Virus record (IMG/VR): IMGVR_UViG_3300020414_000439
Coordinates: 1 to 50,229 of that record
Origin: a virus
Lineage: Duplodnaviria > Caudoviricetes
DNA length: 50,229 nt
Strand: one strand, 5' to 3'
The notes under the pieces were generated by a model that was given only the letters and a program-made list of their open reading frames with translations, searched no databases and was not told the origin of the DNA. Shown in pieces: positions 22,201 through 34,200 of the stretch. The translations under genes were made by a program, and so were the position numbers. The stretch's first letter is position 1. Each line of letters begins with the position of its first letter.

Positions 22201-25200
22201 TGCGTACAAGTAAATGTGAAGGAATCATGAACAAACTTAACTTGATCGCCAGTTGATAATCCATGACCAGCAGAAGTAACAACAAACTCACCAGTTGAAG
22301 AATTATAAGTTGCATTGGTAGCAGTCTTATTATCCAAGATAGATCTAGGATACAACTTGTTAGTTGCGTTACTATCTTGATCGCATGTGAAAGTAAGAGA
22401 TTCCTTGCCAAGACGAATCTTATCGTTGACATTCAAACTATGAGTTCCGATCTGAAGAACCATATCACCTGTGGTGGGGTTATAGCTGGTTCCAGTTGTA
22501 GGAGTATAAGTTACTCTGTTAGGTCCAACATAGACTGTAACTGTGTTATCCCTCTTAACAATACCATTAGGTACAGCAGACACGAATGTATGTGTATATT
22601 GATCTTCTGCCTTAGAGGGACCAACATTAACTGTGAATGTGTTGTTGGTTGCAGCAGTGATCTTCAACCATCTACCAGCAAAAGGATCTGTGGGACGGGG
22701 ATATGAATGATTTGTATAGTTATTATCCTTAGAGCAGGAGAATGTTAATGAATTATTTTCAAGTCTAATTTCATCAGAAGTAGTCAATCCATGACCGATA
22801 GCAGTGATAACGATCTCACCATTTGCAGGATTGTATGCTGCATTAGAGACTGAAGCATTAACAACCACGCCATCATTATAGATGGGGAGAGGAACGTTAT
22901 TGTTTGCAGGATCACTGGAACGAGGATATGTGTGATTAGAAGCACCACCATCCTGACTACAAGTAAATGTCAGAGCATCATTGGTAAGTTTGATTGTTTC
23001 ACCAGATCTTACAATACCATTTGCCTTTGCACTAACAAAGGTATGAGTAGAAGTATCAGAAGAAACACCAACATTAATATCAAAGGTATTGGTTGTGATA
23101 TTCGTGATTGCAAACCACTTATTAAATGCAGGATCGGGACCAGCATCACCAGCATATTGTCTAGGATAGGTATGATGAGTTGCATTGCTATCTGTAGCAC
23201 ATGTAAACGTCATCGAATTGGGTTCGATGAGAACGCGATCACCAACAAACATTCCATGATTGGGAACTGTGATAGTCATAGCACCCGATGCTGGAGTATA
23301 GACCGCATTAGTTGCTGTAAACTTCTGAGAAGTTCTCAAATCATGATCACCGATGGTCATCTTGAGAGCACCAGTTCCAGGATCATAAGTCGCTGCAGTT
23401 GGTGTGTAGTTAACTGTAGGCGATGCACCAACGTTAACATCAAATGTATTTGTAGTGACGTTAGAGATAATCATCCAACCCTGACTTGCAGGATCATCTG
23501 CTCTAGGATAAGACTGAGAAACTGTATTGCCGTCAGAAGTGCAAGTAAACGTCAGAGAGTTATCAGCAAATTGAATTCTGTCGCCATTTGCAAATCCATG
23601 ATTATTAATTGTAACTTGCAGAACACCTGTGGTTGCAGTATATGTTGCGTTTGTTGCAGTATGAGTAGTTCTAGCAGTAAGACCATGACTATTTGAAGTC
23701 AAGACCATTATGCCAGTCGAAGAATCATAAGTTACATTAGTGGGTGTTAATTGCGTCAGAGAAGCATAATCAGATTCAGTGATAGTAGAATCTGTACTTT
23801 GTGTCAAACCATGATCTCCTTGGATATCCCAAAGAAGATTGGTAATAACGAATCGCACAATTTCTTGTGCTTTTTGTAAAGTATAAATCGATTCGGGAAT
23901 TTCAGATTCAATATGATAAAGAGAGATTGGACTTGTCGCTCTATTAACATAGAGTGCCGCAGCATCCCAAACATGGTTATTACTACCATTACGAAGGTCT
24001 TCAACAACTGCTTCTAAGATATCTACAACGTCATCTTCGCAATTTACATCACCTTTAGGAACACTGAAGGATGCAAATCTTGCCTTCATGATATCTACTG
24101 CTTCTTTAGCAATAAAGTCTTTATTTGCAAGGATTAAATCAGCAGCATCAATATATCTCTGACTATTGCCAGTAAATCCAGCAGGAGCACCAGTTAAGCG
24201 AGATGTTGCAAGAATTGCCTCATTATTGATGTCCTCACCCTTAGTGAAGTTTTCAACGCCAGACCAATCTTCAGTATGAGTCTGACCATAAGATCCATCA
24301 AAGTGGACCAGAAGTTTGGCATTAGCATCACCTTGGAATACTCCGTTAAGTGGTGTGAAGTTTGCTGTATAACGAGCATTATTAGAAATTCTAACCTCGT
24401 CAACATAACCAGCAAAGTCATTTGATGCATCAAAGTCAGCACCAATTCTGACTGGTTTGGTAGATCCATAGTTACTAGCATCTGTATAAGTGGATCCTTC
24501 TTGTGTACCATTCAGGAACAACTTAGTGCTAGTACCGCTTCTGGAGAGGGCAACGTGATACCAAGTTCCAGCAGAGAGATTTGTAGATCCGCTAATTGCA
24601 GCACTACCATTATTATAATACTTAAGGTTTGCACCATCAAGATATATTCTAGGTGAAAGTTCAGTTTCTTGAGTTCTGAAATCAAAGATTGCTCTCTCGC
24701 CAGCAGAAACTAAGAGAGGGTTGATCCAACATTCAATTGTAAAATCACCAGAAGCAAATCCAAATTCAGTAGATGTAGCAAAACTGATATATTCATCAAC
24801 AGGAACTGCACCAACGTTTACTGTAATCGTAGTGGCAGTCACTGCAGTAATATTACGGGCAGATCCTGATGCAGGATCAGTAGACCGAGGATATGTTTTA
24901 TTTGAAGTGTTATTATCCTGAGCACATGTAAATGTCAGGGTATCGTCTGCAATAAGGACTGTATTGGACGTTGTGAGAGTATGAGCACCAATCTCAAGAA
25001 CCAAGTTACCAGTCTCAGGATCGTATGTAGTGCCTGTAGCAGCAGTAAATGTGCCTGTAGCACCACCACTAGCGGTAATAGAGTCTGCAGTGCCACTTAC
25101 AAATGTGTGTGTAGCAAGACCAGGTGAAAGTGCTAATGCAGCAGTTCCAAACTTCTTATTATAAGTGTTCAGAGTTGCATTAGTGAAAGTTGCAGAATGA

Positions 25201-28200
25201 TAATCTTGACCATTTGCTTGAGTTCTACCAATCTTACCGACATAGATGATCTTGTCAGCAATATTATAACCAATGACCTCTGCCTTTGTATCTTGAGTTC
25301 TTACAACCTGACCTTTGTTAAACAGACCATTGCCTTTCAGATTCTTTACTGCAAGTTTTCTACTCTTAGCAGTTTCACCAACAGCATAGTCAAGAGTATT
25401 ACCAATGCCGTAATCCATCTTATAATTACGGATTACTTCATTTTCCGTAAAGGCACCGCTAGCATTATCATATTTGATTACGTTATTACTGATAGGTTCT
25501 GTTGATGGGAACTTATCGTCAAAATCTGTAGTATTAGTTGGGAAGTCAACAATGTTAACCTGCGACTTGGAAATATCATCCAAAACAACGTTTGGATATG
25601 TCTGAGCAGCAATTCTGTTGAACAGAAGACCGAAGAAAGAAGAACCATCAGAAATATCAAATTCTCCAGAAGATTCTGGTAATCCAGTGGTGGGATCAAT
25701 CTGTGCATTAGGAGCAACATAAGATGCCACAAATGTCACCTCTGCAACAACATCGGACTGAGAACCAATGATAAAGTCATTCTGATTGATTTCAAACAAT
25801 CCAGGTTTAGACTGATATGTACCAGTTGTCTTACTTAAAAGAAGTCTGGTTGTAACATTAATTTCTGTTCCGTAGAGAGGTGTTCCACTAGATTGAGAAT
25901 CAGAAACTGTACCATTATTCAAACCAGTTGCTCTAGTTACTGTCAAAGTAGTAGAATCAGAATTATCTGTAATTGTATCTACACGGAACAATTCGGAACC
26001 AAACTGATAGATCTTAGTTGGAATAAGATTTCCAGCAGGTACAGGTGCTGCTGGTGCATTAGGATCTGCATTATATGCAATGACTTCAATTGTGCTAGTT
26101 GTTGCACCGATGGAGAATCTTAATTCGGCAAGAGGTGTTTCAGCACCTGCTGCAAGGTTGATTTCTTCAACTCTTGCAGTTTTACCAGCAAGATTTCGTA
26201 CTTCTTCACCAAAAGCATATAGACCATCGCTTACTACTGCTGTTGCTGTAGCAAAGTTAGCATTGAATCCTGTAGCACCAACTGTTACAAATTCACCGCC
26301 GATGAATGAAACTAAGTTACCAGCAACAACCTCGGTGAGGAAACCAAATACATTATTACCTACAACTTTAGTTACGGTCAATCTAGCATTAGAATCAGAA
26401 CCAACCATAACATCACCAATATTAGGGAAGATACCACTAATGTTAGTAAATGTAAGTTCAATGACATCTTTCAGATTAATTGTAGTTTCTACATATTGAA
26501 CTTGAGCGTCAGGTTGAGGAGGTTCTGCAAAAACAATAGAATCTTGCTCAATAGTAAAAGAAGTTCCAGGGTTCTGAACAACACCATTGAGAACAATCAT
26601 CAACTGATTAGCATTTGCCTGAACAGGGGTATTATTAACCTTAAGGGTAAATGCTTTCTTAACACCATCAAATTGATCAGAAATATCATCAATCTGGTTA
26701 GTAAATGAAGTCAGAATATTCTCTGAAGATGTCAGTCTCTTTTGTCTGAAGAGAATTTCAGTATTATTAAATTCAGAATAAATTGGTTGAACCAGAGCAA
26801 AACTTTGAATATTGGGGACAATTGCTTCTCTTGCAAGTTCAACAGACTTAGTAATTTGGAAAGTAGTCTCTTTGTTAGGAATAGAACCATATTCATCAAG
26901 ATTCAGTTCACCAAATACCTTGAATGAAGCAGGGTGAACATTCTTAAGGAGAATGTCTTTCCAATCATTAATAGAAACTGCAGACTTAACAGCATATGAG
27001 AAGTCCTGATAATAATAAGAGTCTTGGATCTTTTGAATAATTTCGGATGGTTTACCAACATCATCAGTAAACTGACCAGAAGTTTTAGTAATAGAACCAA
27101 TTTCTAAAACACCTTTAGCAACTTTGAGGTCACTGATAACACCAGAAGATTTGGAAATAACACCAGTGATTCTTTCATTCAGAGAGAAAGTACCATCATA
27201 ATCAACAATCTTCAGGATTCTAGGTCCAACCTGCCAACCATTGTTTGTAGAAACATAACCAGTAGCAACTGCAGTCTCCAGTGAATTGCCTTGATAAACC
27301 AATTCACCTTCAAGGAAAGTAGAAGTTTCTACATTAGCAGTTGCAGCACCACCGAAGGAGGAGGTAAGAACCTGCTGACGACCAACACCTCTACCACTTT
27401 CACCATCGACGAATGTAATTGCATCACCGAGAGCAGCGTTAGCAGAACTAATTGCGATCTTTAACTGGTCATCTTCAAGAGAGTTTGCAGATCCAGCAAT
27501 TGCATAATATGTGGTAGTTCCATTCAGAGTGGTAGCACCAGATGCTTCAGGGAATGCTGTACCATCTCCAGTATCAACAACATTCAAAGTAATCTGTGCC
27601 CCATTTGTAATACCATGAGGGAAAGCGAATTGCAACAGACCCAAATCAGTGTTTACAACATAATTGAAAGAAGATTTCAACTCAATAGTAGGTTCTGAAG
27701 AATATCCTGATCCAGGATCTTTAACAACAATTTGATTCAGTCTACCATTTTTAATTTCTGCTGCAGCAATTGCACCAGTACCGCCACCACCAGTAATTAC
27801 AACTTCAGGTGCTTGAGAATATCCAGATCCAGGATCGGTTACGGTAATACTTGCAAGAATACTGGTAGAAGTTAACTGAGCATTGATTGGGAATGTGATT
27901 TCAGGACGTAAGGTATAATCATGAGGATAGTCATAACCGAAATTGTTATTCTTCAGTCTCTTAATCTTACCAACGCTAGTACCTTTGGTAAATACCGAAG
28001 CACCAGTTCCGAAAGGAGGAATGACTACATTAAGATCAGCACCAGAACCAGTATTACCAGGTCCAAGAATACCATCAATCGCTTCAATATCAATAGAGGC
28101 AGTTGTATAACCAACACCAAATGAAGTTACTTGTACCTTTTGAATCTGTCCAGGAATGACACTACCACCACTATCAGATCCATCTGCTACTGTAATTTCA

Positions 28201-31200
28201 ACAATACCGCCTTCACCATCACCAGTAATAGGAACACCAGAATATACACCAACTGCATATTCAGTTCCAGGATCATTGATTTCAACTCTTTCAATTTTTC
28301 TGTTGGAAACAATGGAGGAAACAACTGGCAATCTAGTGTAGAATCCACCGCTGTTTACTACTCTAATAGAATCAATAGATCCAACAGCATTTGGAGAACT
28401 AGTAGAATACTTAGAATTTGCTACTTCTGCAGCACCTTCAGGTTCATTGAGAAGTAAGAATTTAAAAGTATCATCGCCTCTAGTAATTGAACCACCAGAT
28501 GTTGCAACAATATCAAAAATACCAGTGTAGGGAGAATCAACAACATCGAGATAACTTCCAGGAATAACTGGAGAATCTGCACCAGTTCTTGAAGGATCAA
28601 AGTAATAAGAAATATTTGTAACGATACCTCTGTCTACCTTCAGTTTGACAGAAGGAGTTGGAAGTCCCTGACCTGTTAATCCTGGTGTCCCAACACGCTC
28701 AATAGAGTTGAAGGAATATTCCAGTTTGTAGAGATTATCCTTGGAGAACGACAGGTTAGTGCCAACCATCGTACCATGACTGACATCAAAGACATATTGA
28801 TGCCCATAATACATTTTAAGGGTAGGAGACTTAGTGAACAGAGAGACTCCTGCCGAACCAGTGGTTCCCAATGCGGGAAGAGTAGAAGCAGTCGCAGGTA
28901 ATTTATATGTAAATTCAATTGGACTTACAATTGTATCTACAGGGAAAGAACCATTATATTCGCTAGTTTGACCAGTTGCTTCATTACCATCAATATAAAG
29001 CATTTCTCCATCACGAAGATAATGCTTACTGCCAGTAACAACATATACCTCATCAGTATTAGCAACAGCAGTCACTTTTAAAATCTTAGAAAGATTTGCA
29101 ACGATAGTAATCTTAGTTACATTAGTAAGATTACTAATGGTCATAATATCTTTAGTTGCGTTAAATGCAACCTGATTATTTGCAAGTGTTACTACAGAAC
29201 CAACTGCATAGGGAGAACTTCCAGTAATTTCATCAACTCTAATAGAGTAATCATTTGAATTATAATCTTTCCAAAGAGCAAATTGATCAAGGTTATTAGT
29301 TCCACCAGATCCAGGAGCAGCATAATCGTCAAGATCAATGGTAAAGTTACCAGGTGTAGTATCTTCTACTTGAGCAAACGTGTAATTGGAAATATCATTT
29401 TTAACAGTTGACACAGGACCAACAATTCCAAAACCAGTATTACTAAATTGCTCAAAAGAAAGTTGACCTGTATTTAAATCATCACTCCAAGCATTAGAGT
29501 TGATAGCAACGTAGATATGAGTATCATCATATCTAACAATATAACCAGCATTAACCTGAGCACCAAGATTATTTCTAAGTACGAGATTTAAGTTATTTTC
29601 AGCGTTGAAACTTTGATTAATCGTCAGTTTTTGAATATTATCAATCTTCAGTGTATTTGTAACTTTGAAGTAATAACGATCTTTGACTACTGCAGTTGCC
29701 TTCAGTTTTTGAGATCCAGGAGAAGGAACTGTAGCAGTTCTGGTACTCCAAGTTCCAGGAACATAAGTCAGATTCTCAGTATCCTGTGCCATAGTAGTTG
29801 TGGCATCATTATAATCCAGAGATTGAAGTCCTTGAGCACCAAGAGTGTAATCTGCACTGACTATCGACAAAGCAGTTCCTGTTACAGGAGAAACAGCAGT
29901 TCTCTTAATGGATATACCTGTTGTAGAAGCAACACTAGTAAAGTTTCCAATTCTAGCAGCGTCTGAATTTTTATCAGTCTTTAAGATATAACCATTATAG
30001 TCAATATAATCGTATTGATTGAGATTAGTTGTAAACCATGCATCATCTACCCAATCAAATGCAAGACCAAATGCTCCTGCAGCAGGATATGCAACAACGT
30101 CTCCAGGAACTGTAGGAGTAATCGCTCTGTTCTTAAGTCTTAAATTTTCAACAAAGAACTGACCCTGCTCATTACTTCTGAAGGTTCCTGCACTACCACT
30201 TCTACCAGGAATATTACCAATGTAGAGATCCTTACTAGCAAAGGAAGTATTAGTAATTGTGGAAGAGAATACAGAATTGCCATTGACATAAGCAGCAAAG
30301 GTATCACCACTCTTTCTTAACGCAATAAATTGCCAAGTATTATCGGCAAACATATTGGAGAGGGAAGATTGTAATGGACTGGAAGAAGAATTGATAGTAG
30401 TTGTATTATTGGTTACAACTAGTTCAAGTTTACCAGTTCCAATATCATAGTATAACCAAAGACCACCAGTTGCACCAGAAGCATCACCAATTGCAACTAA
30501 GGTATGTTCTGTTTGAGACAGAGTTCCATTACCAGTGTAATTCTTATAGAGCATAAACTCTAATGTCCAATCACCATCAAGTTTAGTTCCTAATTGAGCA
30601 CCAGTAACTTTTTGATGTGCGTTTACCCAAGTTGCAGTGTTACCAGAGGGATCATATCCATAGATCTTAGCAACATTATCAGCATAAGTTACCGAATTAG
30701 TTGTGGTTTGTGTGGTAAGAGTATAGTGACCTGTTGTATCAGTAGTTGAACCAGAATCAAAGGTGTAAATGAATTCATTTCTATTCCAAGACGTTTGTCC
30801 AACTGCATAAACATCACCAGATACATCAGTTGCAAGACCATTAACTTGCATACCTTCAATATTACCAGCATAAAAATCATTAGTAGTATGACTCAGGATA
30901 GTTCCATCATACTTAATTTTTACTGTATCAATAGTCTTCTGAGAAGTTGTTGTATCGACTCTAGTGAATGCAACATTAAGGTCACCAAAGATATCAATAA
31001 CAGACTTTTGTGCCAGGTTGATTTCTCTACCAGGAGCAATATATCTCTTGTTCCAGAGGAGAGCACCAGCAGAATCAACTTTACCAACCCAGAAACTATC
31101 TCTGCGTAAGTCGGACTTAAGACTTAATGTGGAGCAAACATAATATTCGTTAAATTCATCTACAGCAAGAGACGTATCTAAGAAAGAATATCCGTTATTA

Positions 31201-34200
31201 CTAAATTCTTTGATAAAGTCAACTGTAATAACACTAGTTCCTAAAGTACACTTACCAAAAGCAGCGTTGATTGCAGTAGAGGAATTGGTTGCAGAAGTCT
31301 CCATTGTAAAGTAAATGGAGTTATCTTCAGCAAGAACCATGGAAGTAATCTTCTCGGAAAGATTCTGAGAGGAAATCTTTCTCTTGATAGCAAAATTACC
31401 ACTAGTATCAATGCTTGCAATGAAAGCATCGTAAGGATTGGATGAGTTGGTATTTGTAAAACCACCAATAATGAATCTGGTATCAGAATACTTAATGATA
31501 CTAGTTACTTCATCGGCACGAGTAGAACCAGAGATACCAGCATATCCTTTTTGGAATCCAAGAGTTGCACTCAACCCGTTTGCTGCTTCAACATACTTAC
31601 ACAGAATAATATCTGGATTATAAGCAGCAACCGCAGATTGGTTGGGTTTATTGATACCAACTACCCAGATGTTTGTGCCATCTGCATAAATTCTCTGGAA
31701 TTCTGCAAAATCTTCTCCATCATCACTCTCAAGAGTCTTTTCCCATTCTTTAGATCCAGTTGCAGAAATTTTAGCAATAAATGCAACATCTTTATTACCT
31801 GCAGCATTCTTTGTAGTACCACAAACATATGCAGACTTATTAGGAAGTAATTGAACATCATTGACTTTTACGTTGTCATTATTGTTCAATGCAGAAACAT
31901 AATAATCTGCTTTTTTAAAGACCTGAGGATGAGAAAGAATTACTCGGGGATTCTTTGTATAACCAGAACCAGAATTGACAATATCAACTCTCTCAATAGC
32001 ACCAACACTATTAACAACAGCAGAAAGTGCTCCCGAATTTCCATCGCCATCAATGATTAATGTAGGAGGAATGTCAGAATTGTATCCAGATCCAGTTTGA
32101 GTGATAACAATTTCTTCAATACCCTTATACTGCCTAACAACATATTGTTTGTTAGTATTATTCATTGTGGGCGTGTAGTCAACAAAAATTCTGTTGCCCA
32201 CAGACATATTATGTGGATTTGTTGTCGTAATGGTTCCGTAACTTACACCACTTTCATTAAGAAAATTATAAGTGGAAATAGGTTCACCAGTAATTCTAGA
32301 AATTCTAGCAGATACACCTAAACCATCAGTATCAGTATTATCAAATACTAATCTATCATCTACCTGATAGTTTTTGCCTGGGTTTTCGATAGAAAACCCT
32401 GTTACAGAAGCATCCTCAAATTTAGTGATAGTTTCAACTTCAATATCGACCTTAGAGTCAAATTTAACAGCAGGGAAATAATCAAACAATTGTAAGGGCG
32501 ATTCTTCCAAAACAGAGTCGGGATCAGCAGTTTCATCTGCAGTGATTACGCCATCTCGGTTTTCATCTTCCACTTCAAACAATAATAATGAACCATCTTC
32601 CAGGGTCAACTGATTGGTAGATGCATTAGGTGTTCTCTCAACATCAATATCAACGTTCTCGTATGGATCGCGATATCTTACAACACCAGTAGGAATATTT
32701 TGCTGAACAGCATCTGAGACCAAATTCCAAGAATCTACAACCGAATTGAACGTAGGTCCAAGAACATATGGGAATACAGGTACACCAGCATCACTATTAT
32801 CGATAGTGACAAAATAACAATATCTGCCTTCAGGATATTCTGGAGTTTTGCAGAAACGTCCGTTATATTGATCCAGTTCACCTAAGTTGAAGATATACTC
32901 ATAGTCTTCAACAAACGTACCTGCAGGTTCATCGCTCAAAGCAGGACCATCGGTTCTTTGAGGAGAAATATTAGTATTCTCATCAAAGATTAAGGATGGT
33001 TTTACTCTATAAGAAGAACCAAGTCTTACAATACTGGACTGCTGATCGGTGGGATCTTGATATGCATAAGGTCCGTAAATTGGATTACCATCAAACGCCC
33101 AACCAATAATGGGAGAGTGAACTGCATGATCGGTAATTTCTTGAAGTGTTCCATCACCAAGAGTTTCTACACCATCACCCAATACTTCTCTGAGTTTCTT
33201 TGGAGTAGAAAGATGGGCATATTCACCACCATATTGATTATTAAATCCTTCAAATACACCACCTTGAGCAGCATCAAAAGTTGTAGAATTTTGAAGGTTG
33301 TAAGTCCACTGGAATACATTTGAAGTGAACAATGCACCTTCACCAACAGAATTGAGATTGATTAAGGTAGTTCCTTGTACATAACCAATACCTCTGTTGA
33401 TAATGTCAATACTAGTAACCCTACCAGCATTTTCACCATCGGTATCAATATTTGCTTTTGCTACTGCACCAAAACCAACACCTTGAATAGTAACTTCAGG
33501 TGCTGTGGTATATCCAGAACCAGCAGCGATAATAGCAATAGAAATAATTCGACCATTATTGACAATTGGTTGAGCAACAGCACCACTACCAGAACTGAGA
33601 GTTACACTTGGTTTAGAAGTATATGATGCACCACCATTGGTGACATTGATTGATTGAATAGGACCTCTAACTGCTGCTGTAGCAGTTGCTCCCGCTCCTC
33701 CACCACCAACAATGGAGATTTGAGGTTGAGATGTATATCCAGTACCACCCTCATTGATAAGAATTCTAGAAACTGCACCCTTAGTGATAATTGCAGTAGC
33801 AGATGCGCCAGTTCCACCACCACCAACAATAGCGACTAATGGAGAAGAAGTATAACCACTACCACCTGCGGTAACATCAATACTATCCAGAGAACCATTA
33901 ACTACAACCTCTGCTGTAGCACCAGATCCAGCACCACCAGAAATAGTTGCGGTTGGTGGAGATGCAGCATCATAGTTACTACCAACATTGTCAATAGTGA
34001 TGCTAGTAACAGAACCAAAAGTTTTGGTAATAGAGGATTTGTACGACCAAATTGAAACACCATTGACCCATGTACCAATAGGACCAGGGTTAATAGTATT
34101 CTTAGATGAAATTGTAGTCGATACTCTAGGGAATCTATTTAATTTACGTTGGTTGCCAGGTAGAAGTGCAGATCCAGGGAAGGGTCCAATCTTATAGTTG

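Noticed and set aside
21228-23750. Diversity-generating retroelement template/variable repeat pair
   Set aside because: The copies differ at all base types rather than only at adenines, and there is no reverse transcriptase in the window.
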